Source of the DNA: an uncultured Bacilli bacterium
GTDB lineage: Bacteria; Bacillota_I; Bacilli_A; RF39; UBA660
DNA: 64,000 bases
Direction: 5' to 3'
Assembly: GCA_934098745.1 (NCBI GenBank)
Contig: CAKOPG010000009.1
Span: 51 to 64,050 of the forward strand
In this document: positions 1-10,544 of the stretch, piece by piece
Layout of the letters: the number at the start of each line of letters is the position of its first letter
Numbering within the stretch: the stretch's first letter is position 1
The notes under the pieces: model-generated
The model's database searches: none
Told to the model about the DNA's origin: nothing
The model's input: only the letters and a program-made list of their open reading frames with translations
Position numbers and translations under genes: made by a program

Positions 1-21
1 TTTCCGAGTTTCCTATCAATC

Positions 22-95
22 TGGAGCAGATGAGGAGAATCGAACTCCCGTCAGGAGCTTGGAAGGCTCTTATTCTACCATTAAACTACATCTGC
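22..95 (-). tRNA. tRNA-Gly (anticodon TCC)
   Basis: The reverse complement reads GCAGATG...AGAGC-CTTCCAA-GCTCC-TGAC-GGGAG-TTCGATT-CTCCT-CATCTGC-T-CCA. It has a 7-bp acceptor stem, a canonical T arm, the anticodon loop CT-TCC-AA, discriminator U and an encoded CCA. Confidence 0.9.
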
Positions 96-267
96 AAATC
101 AAGTAGGCAATATAAATTATAGTAAAATAATTATTTTTTGTCAATACTTTTAACAAAAAAATATAAATTTTCCCCTCAATACACATAAAAAGCATGGCCA
201 TGCCCAATATCATTCGTAAAAAAAGGGTATCCATACTTAATTATATCCAACATATCTAAAAATATTC

Positions 268-1014
268 TTATCTAATAATATCTTCTAGTACCAAAACTAA
301 TTCATCCATTGTAACATTAGTATTAATATCAAAGTATATATCATCTTCCTTAAACAGACTTAAATAACATTTACTTTCTTCATATATATTCTCATCACCA
401 TCTGTGTTAGTAGATAAATCGATATAACACATTCCAGTATCCAAAATAATTACATCATTATTATTCCCAATAACACTTCTTTCATTACTGAAAATTGCTT
501 GTTTCACCTCCGGAGATATCTCACGTGGTTTCATATCCATATTCAAAGACATAAAAATATCTATAACCTTTTTTTCCTTATCATTAACATAAGTTAACAT
601 ATATCCAGATAATTCATTATAAATATATTTCTTAGCAAAAGTTACTCTGTAATCTTTAATGATCTTAATATTTTTCAGTAGCTTATCACCATATTCTAAA
701 TCATCAAAACTAAAATCTTCCATAAATCCGGCTATATCATAAATTCCTCCAGCAATAGAAGTATTTCCTGCTTGTAAAGTACCATTAAATTTATTTACGA
801 TAATATGATTACGGTCTCCAAAACCGTTGTCATCTCCCTGTAATTCACGACCCCCACCATAAAAAATAACTGCCATAATTATCGTGCCTAAACATCCACC
901 AATCATAACATACCTAAACCAACTTCTTTTATTACCACTAACTACCTTATCATATATCATTTGTTTATTAATTTTCTTATTAAACATCTTTTTAATCTTT
1001 TCCTCATTATCCAT
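268..1014 (-). CDS. Single-pass membrane protein, putative anti-sigma factor
   Basis: Its start overlaps the stop of the upstream sigma gene by 8 nt. GGAGGT sits before the ATG at 1014. There is one TM segment (WFRYVMIGGCLGTIIMAVIFY). No recognisable family motif. Confidence 0.45.
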   Translation of the reverse strand: MDNEEKIKKMFNKKINKQMIYDKVVSGNKRSWFRYVMIGGCLGTIIMAVIFYGGGRELQGDDNGFGDRNHIIVNKFNGTLQAGNTSIAGGIYDIAGFMEDFSFDDLEYGDKLLKNIKIIKDYRVTFAKKYIYNELSGYMLTYVNDKEKKVIDIFMSLNMDMKPREISPEVKQAIFSNERSVIGNNNDVIILDTGMCYIDLSTNTDGDENIYEESKCYLSLFKEDDIYFDINTNVTMDELVLVLEDIIR

Positions 1015-1543
1015 TCTTATTACCTCCACACAAATATATATTGAGTTCTTTTAAAGTTCTATACAAATAATGTTTAACATTACTTTCACTTATCATAAGT
1101 TCATTAGCTATCTCTTTAATCGTATATTCCTCATAATAATATAGCCAAAATATCTTTCCAATAATAACTTTCTTTTCTTTTAAAAAAAGCCAAATTTTAT
1201 CAATATCATCACTAATTATATATTCCTTTTCAATATCCTCATTACTTGGGATTTTTTCCATTAAAGTAATATCATCGTCATTATCCTTATTCAAAGATAT
1301 CAAACTATATCTATATCTAAATCGATAATAATCCTTAACCTTATGCTTACATATTCCCATTATATAATTACTATTAATATCTTTTTTCTTTTCTAAAAGT
1401 TTTAATATTGCTAAATAAATGTTTTGTACAATATCACTAACATCATCTATATTTTTACAAGAACAAACAACATATTTAACTACCTTTTTATAAGTATCGT
1501 TATATATCTTATCAAATTTATTTAAGATATCTTGACTAGTCAT
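1007..1543 (-). CDS. ECF-type RNA polymerase sigma-70 family factor
   Basis: 178 aa. Region-2-like segment (DVSDIVQNIYLAILK) and a C-terminal region-4 HTH (YTIKEIANELMISESNVKHYLYRTLKEL). RBS GTGAGGTG. Confidence 0.8.
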   Translation of the reverse strand: MTSQDILNKFDKIYNDTYKKVVKYVVCSCKNIDDVSDIVQNIYLAILKLLEKKKDINSNYIMGICKHKVKDYYRFRYRYSLISLNKDNDDDITLMEKIPSNEDIEKEYIISDDIDKIWLFLKEKKVIIGKIFWLYYYEEYTIKEIANELMISESNVKHYLYRTLKELNIYLCGGNKNG

Positions 1544-1646
1544 AAATACACCTCACTATATATATCGTTATATTTCTATAAAAAGTTCCAAAAATAAAAT
1601 ATTTTATTAAATTTATCACTTATAATTAATAATTTTAAAATTAATT

Positions 1647-1722
1647 GTCATATTCCTCTAGATACCTATCCCCAGTACATGTAATCATCGTTATATTCCT
1701 CTAAATACCCATCCCCAGTACA
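1647..1722. repeat. Two imperfect 31-bp direct repeats upstream of the sigma operon
   Basis: ATATTCCTCTAGATACCTATCCCCAGTACAT and ATATTCCTCTAAATACCCATCCCCAGTACAT, with a 43-bp period and 2 mismatches. They lie about 100-180 bp upstream of the sigma start on the minus strand. Confidence 0.8.
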
Positions 1723-1942
1723 TTAGTTATTGCATAATATCCTCTACACATAACTCCAATATAATCATAACTATAATTACTTCCTTATAAATTTATATGA
1801 ATATCTTAATTTTATCATATCATACTACAACCCATAAAAAAATACATGACTTCTTAATATATCATGTAATATAAACTTCTTTACCATTATTTTAGCTTCA
1901 ATTATTGGCAAAGAACCATCAAAAGTCACATATTTTATATTA

Positions 1943-4099
1943 TTAATTATTTTTAATCATTGTTAAACTAACCTTATTTTTATCTAGCTTAATTTCCTCT
2001 ACATAGCAGTCAATTATATCACCAACACTAAGAACCTCACTAGGATGCTTAATATACTTATCAGTAATTTTAGATATATGAACTAATCCATCTTCATGTA
2101 ACCCAATATCGACAAATGCTCCAAAGTCAACTACATTCCTAACCGTTCCTTGAAGTTTCATTCCCACAGTTAAATCTTTTAATTCCAGTACATCACTCTT
2201 TAGTATAGGTTGAGGCATATCATCTCTTGGATCTCTATTAGGCTTCTTCAAACATTCAATAACATCTTCTAAAGTATAAATATCAGTATTTAGTAAATCC
2301 TTATACTTATCCGCATCAATTTCATTTAACTTACTAGCTAATTTATCGCTACCAACATCTTCTAAAGTCATTCCCAACTTATTAAGTAGATTAATAGCAA
2401 CATTATAACTCTCTGGATGAATTCCTGTAGCATCTAAAATATTACTTCCATCAGTAATTCTCAAAAATCCAATCGCTTGTTCATATACTTTATCAGTTAA
2501 AATGTCTTGTATTTCTTTTCGAGAATTAATTCTTCCAACTTTTTCTCTATAATCGATTAATTTATCACTGACCCTTTTAGTAATGCCAGAAACATATTTA
2601 AGTAGAGAAGGGGAAGCGGTATTGACATTAACCCCCACACTATTAACAGCTTTACTAACAACAAAGTCGAGATTATCTTTCAATTTCTTACTAGACACAT
2701 CATGTTGATATAATCCAACTCCAATTCCTTCAGGAGGAATCTTTACAAGTTCAGCTAAAGGATCTTGAAGTCTTCTTCCAATACTAACAGCACTTCTTTT
2801 TTCAATAGCCAAGTCCGGGAATTCTTCACTTGCAATTGGAGAAGCACTATAAATAGAAGCTCCGGCTTCAGATACAATTACATACTTACAATTAAGATTA
2901 TACTTCTTAATCATTTCTGCAATCATCTTTTCACTTTCCCTTGAAGCCGTTCCATTACCAATAGCAATAACATCTACCTTATATTTATTAATTAAATTAA
3001 CTAAAACAGCCATAGATTGCTCAATTAACTTATCAGTATTACTTCCCTTTAAAAATGGCTTAACTACTGTAGAATCTAAATACTTTCCTGTTGGATCAAT
3101 TACTGCAATCTTACATCCATTAACATATCCCGGATCAAAGGCAAGTACCACTCTATCTTTCATTGGCGGAGTGAGTAGTAATGCCTCTAAATTCTTTCCA
3201 AAATTATTGATAGCAGCTTCTTCTCCAATTGCAGTCAAATCACTTCTAATTTCTCTTTCAATAGAAGGCTCAATTAGTCTCTTATAAGCATCACTTATAG
3301 CATCCTTAACTATATCTACTACAAAAGATTTCTCATTTTTAATAACTTTCTTTTCAATATATTGAATAACTCTATCTTTATCATTTTCAATACTTACACT
3401 AAGTACTCCCTCATTTTCTCCTCTGTTTAATGCCAGTATTCTATGAGGTTTAATATATTTAACTCGCTCTTCATAATCATAATACATATCATATATCTTA
3501 TTTTCATCCTGAGCATTCTTCTTTATTTTACTCTTAATTACTCCAAAGTTATACGTATTATCTCTAATACTCTTTCTTATCTTTGCATCATCACTAATAT
3601 TCTCTGCAATAATATATTTAGCTCCCTCAATTGCTTTATCTATACTAGTTACAGCTTCATTAAGATATTTTTTTGCCATTTCCTCAATATTTCCTTTAAT
3701 AGGAAAAGCCATAATTTCCTTAGCTAAAGGTTCAAGTCCATTCTTAATCGCTTCCGTAGCTTTAGTCTTTTTCTTTTCCTTAAAAGGTCTATACAAATCT
3801 TCTACTTCTACTAATTTAGTACACTTCATAATACTATCTTTAAGTTCATCAGTAAGAAGTCCTTTTTCATCAATTAACCTAATAACATCTTCTTTTCTTT
3901 TAGCTAGATTAACTTGATATTCATATACTTCATCTATTTTTCTAATTTGTTCTTCATCAAGAGCTCCTGTTGCTTCCTTACGGTATCTTGCAATAAATGG
4001 AATCGTATTTCCTTCCTCTAATAATTTTAAAACAGTCTCTACCTGTTTAATCTCTACCTCTAATTCTTTTGCAATTTCTTGAATAATAAATTCATTCAT
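1943..4099 (-). CDS. tex: Tex-like transcription accessory protein (YqgF/RuvC-like, HhH and C-terminal S1 domains)
   Basis: 718 aa. N-terminal IPFIARYRKE motif and a C-terminal S1 domain (GTVRNVVDFGAFVDIG...GLVHISK). Confidence 0.9.
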   Translation of the reverse strand: MNEFIIQEIAKELEVEIKQVETVLKLLEEGNTIPFIARYRKEATGALDEEQIRKIDEVYEYQVNLAKRKEDVIRLIDEKGLLTDELKDSIMKCTKLVEVEDLYRPFKEKKKTKATEAIKNGLEPLAKEIMAFPIKGNIEEMAKKYLNEAVTSIDKAIEGAKYIIAENISDDAKIRKSIRDNTYNFGVIKSKIKKNAQDENKIYDMYYDYEERVKYIKPHRILALNRGENEGVLSVSIENDKDRVIQYIEKKVIKNEKSFVVDIVKDAISDAYKRLIEPSIEREIRSDLTAIGEEAAINNFGKNLEALLLTPPMKDRVVLAFDPGYVNGCKIAVIDPTGKYLDSTVVKPFLKGSNTDKLIEQSMAVLVNLINKYKVDVIAIGNGTASRESEKMIAEMIKKYNLNCKYVIVSEAGASIYSASPIASEEFPDLAIEKRSAVSIGRRLQDPLAELVKIPPEGIGVGLYQHDVSSKKLKDNLDFVVSKAVNSVGVNVNTASPSLLKYVSGITKRVSDKLIDYREKVGRINSRKEIQDILTDKVYEQAIGFLRITDGSNILDATGIHPESYNVAINLLNKLGMTLEDVGSDKLASKLNEIDADKYKDLLNTDIYTLEDVIECLKKPNRDPRDDMPQPILKSDVLELKDLTVGMKLQGTVRNVVDFGAFVDIGLHEDGLVHISKITDKYIKHPSEVLSVGDIIDCYVEEIKLDKNKVSLTMIKNN

Positions 4100-4150
4100 A
4101 CTTTCATCCTTCCTTCTACATATTGCTAATTAATTATATCACAAATCTAT

Positions 4151-5368
4151 TTAATTTTTCTTCTTATCCATCCTATCTGCATAAGTAATAGAATTATCTC
4201 CATATTTATCCTTAATCTTATCTAAAGCCTTTTTAAGATCCTCACTAACATCATCCTTAGTAACATCTTGCTTAGTAAATAAAGATAATTGTACTTTATA
4301 TATATCAGTTAAATTAGCTACCCCTACACATAAAGCTCTAACTTTTTTATCACTATCTGGGCTCCATATCTTATTAAATAATTTTATAGCATTTTCATAT
4401 ATATCTTTATCTTGATTAATTAAATTATCTAAAGTTACTTGCTTACTAATTTTTGTAAAGTCATGAAATTTAACCCATACCATAACACTTAAAGAATACA
4501 TCTTCTTACTACGTAGTTTTCTTCCTGTTGCTTCTGCCAAGTTTTTAAGTTCTCTATAAATGTCAGAAATATTCGTATAATCATAAGGAAGTACTATTGA
4601 ATTAGATATACTCTTAGGATTACCATAATCACTTTCTACCGGTGAATAATCCATTCCATTAGCATATTCCCACATCATTTTACCCATACTCTTAAAATGT
4701 AGTTTTAAATATTCTATATCACTATTAGCTAATTCTCCAATTGTTTTAATTCCTAATTCCTGAAGTTTTTTATTACTAGCTCTTCCTATCATGAATAATT
4801 CTCCCACCGGTAAATTCCACATCTTTTCCCTTACTTCAGAAGAAAATAAAGTATGAACCTTATCTGGTTTTGAAAAATCACTTGCCATTTTAGCTAACAG
4901 TTTATTATTTCCAATTCCTACATTTACCGTAAAACCAAAATTATCACGTATATCATTCTTAATCTTATATGCTACTTTTATAGCCACATCGTGATTATCT
5001 ATTTTATCAGTTAAATCCATAAAACATTCATCTATGGAATATCTCTCTATCTTATCTGTATAACTACATAAATAGGTGTACATTATATCTGAATATTTTT
5101 TATATATTTTAAATTCAGGTTGATAGACTTCTAAATAAGGACATTTCTTTCTAGCTGTATATAAAGTTTCTCCTGTAGTAACTCCTTTTTGCTTACATAA
5201 ATTACTCTTAGCCAGTACTATTCCTTTTCTTTCAGATTCCTTTCCTCCAATGACCGCATATCTTTTTCTAATATCCATTGTACTACCACTATGTAACATA
5301 TGTACCGCCGACCATGATAAAAAAGCATTATTACAATCAATATGTAAAATATATCTTTCCCTCATCAT
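4151..5368 (-). CDS. dinB: Y-family DNA polymerase IV
   Basis: ILHIDCNNAFLSW and SIDECFMDLT catalytic motifs. Little-finger-length C-terminus. The start is ambiguous among adjacent GTG/ATG codons. Confidence 0.85.
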   Translation of the reverse strand: MMRERYILHIDCNNAFLSWSAVHMLHSGSTMDIRKRYAVIGGKESERKGIVLAKSNLCKQKGVTTGETLYTARKKCPYLEVYQPEFKIYKKYSDIMYTYLCSYTDKIERYSIDECFMDLTDKIDNHDVAIKVAYKIKNDIRDNFGFTVNVGIGNNKLLAKMASDFSKPDKVHTLFSSEVREKMWNLPVGELFMIGRASNKKLQELGIKTIGELANSDIEYLKLHFKSMGKMMWEYANGMDYSPVESDYGNPKSISNSIVLPYDYTNISDIYRELKNLAEATGRKLRSKKMYSLSVMVWVKFHDFTKISKQVTLDNLINQDKDIYENAIKLFNKIWSPDSDKKVRALCVGVANLTDIYKVQLSLFTKQDVTKDDVSEDLKKALDKIKDKYGDNSITYADRMDKKKN

Positions 5369-5527
5369 AACCACCTAATATTATTATACCAAACAATTGT
5401 TAACTTATCAATTATATATCTAAATACTTTTAAATTAATATATATATATATAACATATAACATATAAAATTATTGAAGAAATCTCTATTTTATGATATAC
5501 TTAATACCGCAAGAGAGGACTGATTTT

Positions 5528-6589
5528 ATGATAAATAGACTTGAAGCTATTCAAAATAGATATGATGAAATATCAAAAGAATTAACCCAAGATGAAGTAA
5601 TCAAAGACATAAAAAAAATGACCGAATTATCTAAAGAACAAAGAAGACTAGCCCCTACTGTTGAAATTTATCAAAGATATAAAACCATTTTAAGTGATTT
5701 AGAGACTGCTAAAGAAATGTTAAATGATAAAGATATGCAAGAATTTGCCAAAGAAGAAATTTCATCTTTACACAAACAAAAAGAAAGCCTCGAAAAAGAA
5801 TTAGAAATCCTTCTTTTACCACATGACCCTAACGATGAAAAGAATGTTATTGTTGAAATTCGTGGTGCTGCTGGTGGTGATGAAGCTAACATCTTTGCTG
5901 GTGACTTATTTGATATGTATAATCATTATATTAGTAACTTTGGTTGGAAAATAGAAGTATTAAATGAAGAACCTGGTTCAGCTGGCGGATATTCGCAAAT
6001 AGAATTTATGATAAAAGGTGAGGGGGCTTATTCCAAATTAAAATACGAGTCTGGTGCCCACCGTGTTCAAAGAGTACCTGAAACCGAATCAGGAGGCCGT
6101 GTTCATACCTCAACAGCTACAGTTTTAGTAATGCCTGAAGCCGAAGAATTTGATTATGAACTAGACGAATCCGAAGTAAGAATAGATATTACTAGAAGTA
6201 GTGGTTGTGGAGGTCAAGGCGTAAATACAACTGACTCAGCTGTAAGACTTACCCATATTCCCACAGGTATTATAGTTTATTCTCAAACAGAACGTAGCCA
6301 GATAAAAAATAAAGAAAAAGCCTTCAAAATATTAAAAACAAGATTGTATGACTTAAAACTAAGAGAACAAGAAGCCGCTAATGCTTTAGAAAGAAAAAAT
6401 AAAATAGGTACTGGTGATAGATCAGAAAAAATAAGAACCTATAATTACCCCCAAAATAGAGTTACTGACCACCGTATTGGCTTTACATCTATGAATCTAG
6501 ATCGTATTATGGCCGGAGACCTGGGAGTAATAATTGAGGCTCTAATTAATGAAAACCAAAGAATTGAGCTTGAACAAAGCGAAATATAA
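5528..6589 (+). CDS. prfA: Peptide chain release factor 1
   Basis: GGQ motif (SGCGGQGVNTTDSAVRLTH) and an RF1-type PxT tripeptide (VPETES). RBS AGAGAGGA before the ATG at 5528. Confidence 0.95.
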   Translation: MINRLEAIQNRYDEISKELTQDEVIKDIKKMTELSKEQRRLAPTVEIYQRYKTILSDLETAKEMLNDKDMQEFAKEEISSLHKQKESLEKELEILLLPHDPNDEKNVIVEIRGAAGGDEANIFAGDLFDMYNHYISNFGWKIEVLNEEPGSAGGYSQIEFMIKGEGAYSKLKYESGAHRVQRVPETESGGRVHTSTATVLVMPEAEEFDYELDESEVRIDITRSSGCGGQGVNTTDSAVRLTHIPTGIIVYSQTERSQIKNKEKAFKILKTRLYDLKLREQEAANALERKNKIGTGDRSEKIRTYNYPQNRVTDHRIGFTSMNLDRIMAGDLGVIIEALINENQRIELEQSEI

Positions 6590-7322
6590 TGAAGATTTAA
6601 TATATCTAAAAAAATATATTAAAGAATATAATTTAACTGCCTCAGACTATCAAAAGTATCTAGAAAAATTGCCTACATCTCTTCCAATTCAATATCTAAT
6701 TGGTAACGTTAACTTTTATGGTTATCAAATAAAAGTAAATGAATCAGTTCTAATTCCTCGTTTTGAAACCGAACTTTTAGTAGAAAAAACTATAAATAAA
6801 ATAAATAGATATTTTCCTAGTAAAAAAATAGATATTATAGATCTTGGTACTGGTAGTGGTTGCATAGCTATAACCCTAAAAAAAGAGTTAAATTCTAATG
6901 TTTATGCTCTAGATATATCTCTTGAAGCCCTAAACATTGCTAAAGATAATGCCAAATTAAATAATGCTGAAATAACCTTTATCAATGATGATATGGATAC
7001 ATATAAAGAAAAAAAGTTTGATGTAATTATTTCTAACCCCCCATATATTAACCCTGATGAAGAAATAATGCCTCTAGTAAAAGATAATGAACCAAGTATA
7101 GCTCTCTATGCTAAAGATAAAGGATTATATCACTATGAACAAATAATTAAAAATTTAAAGTATCTTACTAAAGAAAATTATCTATTAGCATTTGAAATTG
7201 GTTATAATCAAGCTGAATCAATTAAAAATATTGCTAATAAATACTTAACAAATATAAATATATCTCTTGAAAAAGATTATCAAGATAAAGAACGTTTTAT
7301 ATTTATAACTAATATTAAATAA
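6549..7322 (+). CDS. prmC: Release-factor glutamine N5-methyltransferase
   Basis: SAM motif DLGTGSGCIA and the NPPY motif. Overlaps and follows prfA, as in many bacteria. Confidence 0.85.
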   Translation: MKTKELSLNKAKYNEDLIYLKKYIKEYNLTASDYQKYLEKLPTSLPIQYLIGNVNFYGYQIKVNESVLIPRFETELLVEKTINKINRYFPSKKIDIIDLGTGSGCIAITLKKELNSNVYALDISLEALNIAKDNAKLNNAEITFINDDMDTYKEKKFDVIISNPPYINPDEEIMPLVKDNEPSIALYAKDKGLYHYEQIIKNLKYLTKENYLLAFEIGYNQAESIKNIANKYLTNINISLEKDYQDKERFIFITNIK

Positions 7323-7400
7323 ACCTCAATTAGAGGTTTTTTTCTTAATTTATTGCTAAATCTTAAAAAATATGCTAAATTTTATATAGGGGGAGTAAAT

Positions 7401-8315
7401 ATGTTGAAAAAACAAATACAAGAATTATTAGATATCTGTAAAGAGGTTGATTATGAATATGATGTACTAATGCAATTATCTGAACAAAACAAAGAAGATA
7501 CATCTGATTATGAAGAACATCTAGAATTATTAAATTTTTATGTTTTGACTGGTTTAGAATACTGTCAAAATTGTCCTCTTAATGTCTTAGAAAAGATGTT
7601 AAGTAATATTAATAAATTAACAGATGCTAATCCCGATAACTACTCATATATAGCTGCTGCCAATACTATTTCTTATGTTTTAGATAAAAAATACATCGAA
7701 TCAAGAAACAGTAATCAAGAAGAAAATGTAGATGAGGATTTAGATGAAGATTGCTACGAATGTGCCGACGAAGAAATACCTGAAGAAAATAAATATTTTG
7801 AAGAATATCCGAATGAATTAGATGATTTATATGATAAAGCCATGAGTATAATCTATGTAAATGCCACTAGAAACGTTGTTAAAAAATTAAGAAATATCAA
7901 ACCACAAAACGAATATGAAACTAAGTATAAAAAGCAACTAGTAAAATTATATCAAACTAGATATAAATATGATTATCTTGCCAGCAGTATATCTTTAGAA
8001 TTGATAGCTATTAAAGCCCATTTCAATCCTTTTAGAATTCATATTATATTAGATGAAACTGATTATAGACCAATTTATTTTAATGAAGCTATTGGCATCA
8101 TTCAAAATTTATATCAAAGAAAAAATACTCATACCAATCCTGAAGATGTCATGGAAGATTATTTCTCTATCGAATGCCTTGAAGAAATATTTAGACACTT
8201 AGATATTGAAAGACTATCTAAATTAAAAGATTTGTGTCAAGATCTATCTATTTCATCTCCTAAAAATAATTATGGTGATATTTGTTTAAGAAAAATAAAA
8301 GAGCGTTTAAGTTAA
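7401..8315 (+). CDS. Hypothetical acidic cytoplasmic protein
   Basis: Long ORF with RBS GGGGGAG before the ATG at 7401. Contains a D/E-rich stretch. No family recognised. Confidence 0.5.
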   Translation: MLKKQIQELLDICKEVDYEYDVLMQLSEQNKEDTSDYEEHLELLNFYVLTGLEYCQNCPLNVLEKMLSNINKLTDANPDNYSYIAAANTISYVLDKKYIESRNSNQEENVDEDLDEDCYECADEEIPEENKYFEEYPNELDDLYDKAMSIIYVNATRNVVKKLRNIKPQNEYETKYKKQLVKLYQTRYKYDYLASSISLELIAIKAHFNPFRIHIILDETDYRPIYFNEAIGIIQNLYQRKNTHTNPEDVMEDYFSIECLEEIFRHLDIERLSKLKDLCQDLSISSPKNNYGDICLRKIKERLS

Positions 8316-8392
8316 CGTTCTTTTAAAATATGTTATAATTAATTAGAAAGGAAAACAATCTATTAACTTTAAGATTGCTTATATGTGATTAT

Positions 8393-9202
8393 ATGTTAAA
8401 AAGTAAAATTAAATTTATTAAAGTAAATAATAGAAAAATTAAAATAATTATTCTAGATTCTAGAACTACCAATAAAAAAGCTCCCTGTATAATGTGGATT
8501 CATGGTGGAGGCTATGCTTTAGGAATGCCTGAAATGGTATATGCTTCAAGAGTAAGGGATTTAATGAGAAATAACGAACTAATAGTTATATCACCACGTT
8601 ATAGATTATCTATAACCTCGCCATATCCAGCTGCTTTAAATGACTGTTATGATATTCTTCTATATATTAAAAATAATGCTCAAGAATTAGGTATTGATGC
8701 TACAAAAATAATGTTAGGAGGAGAAAGTGCTGGTGGTGGTTTAGCCCTTGCTACTGCCATTTATGCGAGAGATAAAAAAGAAGTTCCTCTTAAATATGTT
8801 TTTCCCCTATATCCCATGATAGACTGTGATGATACCTCTTCATCTTCTAATAACCATGGCCATATTTGGAATACCAAAAAAAATCATCATGCTTGGAAAA
8901 GATACCTTAGCTCATTATATGGTACTAAAGATATCTCTCCATATGCGTCTCCCGCTAAATTAAAAGATTTCACAAACTTACCACCATTTTATACCTTTGT
9001 AGGAGATGGTGAACCATTCTATAAAGAGACCATAGATTTTACCAAAAAAGCCCAAGAAGCCGGTATTGATGCCAAATGTGATGTGTATCACTCAGATGTT
9101 CATGCCTTCGATATATATTGTGCTAAAACTGAAGAAGGCCAACAAGCTATAAAAGCTTTTATAGATAATTATGAATATGTTAAAAATAAGTATTTAAAAT
9201 AA
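8393..9202 (+). CDS. Alpha/beta hydrolase (esterase/lipase, Abhydrolase_3-like)
   Basis: Oxyanion HGGG motif (WIHGGGYALG) and nucleophile elbow GESAGG. Confidence 0.75.
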   Translation: MLKSKIKFIKVNNRKIKIIILDSRTTNKKAPCIMWIHGGGYALGMPEMVYASRVRDLMRNNELIVISPRYRLSITSPYPAALNDCYDILLYIKNNAQELGIDATKIMLGGESAGGGLALATAIYARDKKEVPLKYVFPLYPMIDCDDTSSSSNNHGHIWNTKKNHHAWKRYLSSLYGTKDISPYASPAKLKDFTNLPPFYTFVGDGEPFYKETIDFTKKAQEAGIDAKCDVYHSDVHAFDIYCAKTEEGQQAIKAFIDNYEYVKNKYLK

Positions 9203-9260
9203 TATTTATTTTTTTGTTTAAATAATTACTAATAATAACAATATATATATAGGTGAAACA

Positions 9261-9776
9261 ATGAAAAGAAAAATATTTTTAATCTTATTATTTTTAGTAA
9301 TTATTTTTACATATAAACAAAGTGAAGAAATTATTTTTATTCCCGATAGTTCTATTAGGTTAAGAGTAATTCCTAATAGTAATGATCCCCAAGATATCTA
9401 TATAAAAGAAAAAGTAAAAAAATATTTAGAAAGTAATGTTTTTGATTTAACTAAAAATACTACTTCCATCGAAGAAGCTAGATTTATTCTTAAAGATAAT
9501 CTCAAAGAAATAGAAACAGATATTGATAGTATCTTTAAGGATAATACCTATACATTACCATTTAATATTAATTATGGTACTAACTACTTTCCTGAGAAAA
9601 ATTATAAAGGTATTACATATAAAGAAGGATACTATGAATCTTTAGTTATTTCTATCGGAGAGGCTAATGGAGATAACTTCTGGTGTGTATTGTTTCCTAA
9701 TTTCTGTTTAATAGACAACGAAGAACCCCATACATATAAATCTTACATCAAAGAGTTAATAAATAAAATATTCTAA
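9261..9776 (+). CDS. spoIIR: Stage II sporulation protein R
   Basis: Signal/TM N-terminus. IRLRVIPNSNDPQDIYIKEKVK and FWCVLFPNFC resemble the conserved SpoIIR motifs. Confidence 0.75.
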   Translation: MKRKIFLILLFLVIIFTYKQSEEIIFIPDSSIRLRVIPNSNDPQDIYIKEKVKKYLESNVFDLTKNTTSIEEARFILKDNLKEIETDIDSIFKDNTYTLPFNINYGTNYFPEKNYKGITYKEGYYESLVISIGEANGDNFWCVLFPNFCLIDNEEPHTYKSYIKELINKIF

Positions 9777-9815
9777 AAATACAAAAGTTCTCGTATTATT
9801 ATATAGGTGAATACG

Positions 9816-10349
9816 ATGAACTCTTTTTTTACAATCATTTTAATCGCTTTAAGTTTAAGCATGGATGCTTTTTCTTTGGCTTTAGTATATGGAATGTCCC
9901 ATATAACCCCAAGGCAAAAAATATTATTATCTCTAATTGTTGGTGCATATCACTTCATAATGCCGGTTATTGGCTTACAATTTGGTAAAATTCTTAACAA
10001 TCTAGCTTTTATTAATATAGATATTATTGCTTCCATAATACTTCTATATATAGGTATAGAATTAATCTTATCTAATAATAAAGAAGAAAATAAATTAACT
10101 ATCAGTATTATTGGTTTTCTTCTCTTTGGTTTATCCGTAAGTATTGATAGTTTAAGCATCGGTATTGGTTTAAAAGCCTTAACCAATAATTACTACTTAT
10201 CAGCTCTAACTTTTTCCATAACTAGTGCTATTTTTACCTATTTAGGACTATTTCTTGGCAATATTATCGGTAATAAAATTGGTACATATTCCAAGACCGT
10301 TGGCGGTATAATCTTAATATTAATTGCTATAATGACATTTATTAATTAA
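9816..10349 (+). CDS. mntP: Manganese efflux pump MntP family (DUF204)
   Basis: Six-TM protein with duplicated LS(M/I)D(A/S)(F/L)S motifs (LSLSMDAFSLAL and GLSVSIDSLSIG). Confidence 0.8.
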   Translation: MNSFFTIILIALSLSMDAFSLALVYGMSHITPRQKILLSLIVGAYHFIMPVIGLQFGKILNNLAFINIDIIASIILLYIGIELILSNNKEENKLTISIIGFLLFGLSVSIDSLSIGIGLKALTNNYYLSALTFSITSAIFTYLGLFLGNIIGNKIGTYSKTVGGIILILIAIMTFIN

Positions 10350-10395
10350 AAATATTGACAAACATCAGTATTCATGATAAAATTACAAACGTACT

Positions 10396-10472
10396 GGCGG
10401 ATTTGGTGAAGTGGTTAACACATTGGATTGTGGTTCCAACATGCGTGGGTTCGATTCCCACAATCCGTCCCA
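10396..10472 (+). tRNA. tRNA-His (anticodon GTG)
   Basis: GGCGGATT...TTGGA-TTGTGGT-TCCAA...GTGGG-TTCGATT-CCCAC-AATCCGT-C-CCA. The extra G-1 opposite C73 is typical of tRNA-His. CCA is encoded. Confidence 0.9.
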
Positions 10473-10544
10473 TTAAGAAAAATAAGCATATCTATAAAAG
10501 GTATGCTTTTTATATTAATAAATATCGACAATACCTGTTGATAT

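Noticed and set aside
203-214. GCATGGCCATGC palindrome downstream of the anti-sigma-like gene
   Set aside because: It could act as a weak terminator (a 4-bp stem after forcing a loop, followed by TTTTT on the minus strand). The stem is too short to call confidently.
3443-3727. Short antisense or alternate-frame ORFs inside long genes, grouped here under the first example. The full set is 3443-3727, 5671-5892, 9950-10186, 11398-11718, 12111-12341, 15329-15577, 23057-23257, 23648-23845, 24260-24442, 26332-26526, 28136-28339, 30340-30561, 31054-31236, 32225-32497, 32319-32501, 35436-35627, 35956-36228, 37288-37539, 42406-42645, 42420-42626, 44689-44874, 50436-50645, 50778-50960, 50833-51069, 51326-51556, 55283-55498, 57920-58156 and 63519-63713.
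   Set aside because: All are embedded in, or overlap, better-supported genes with recognisable motifs. They lack RBSs and have low-complexity hydrophobic translations typical of AT-rich off-frame reading.
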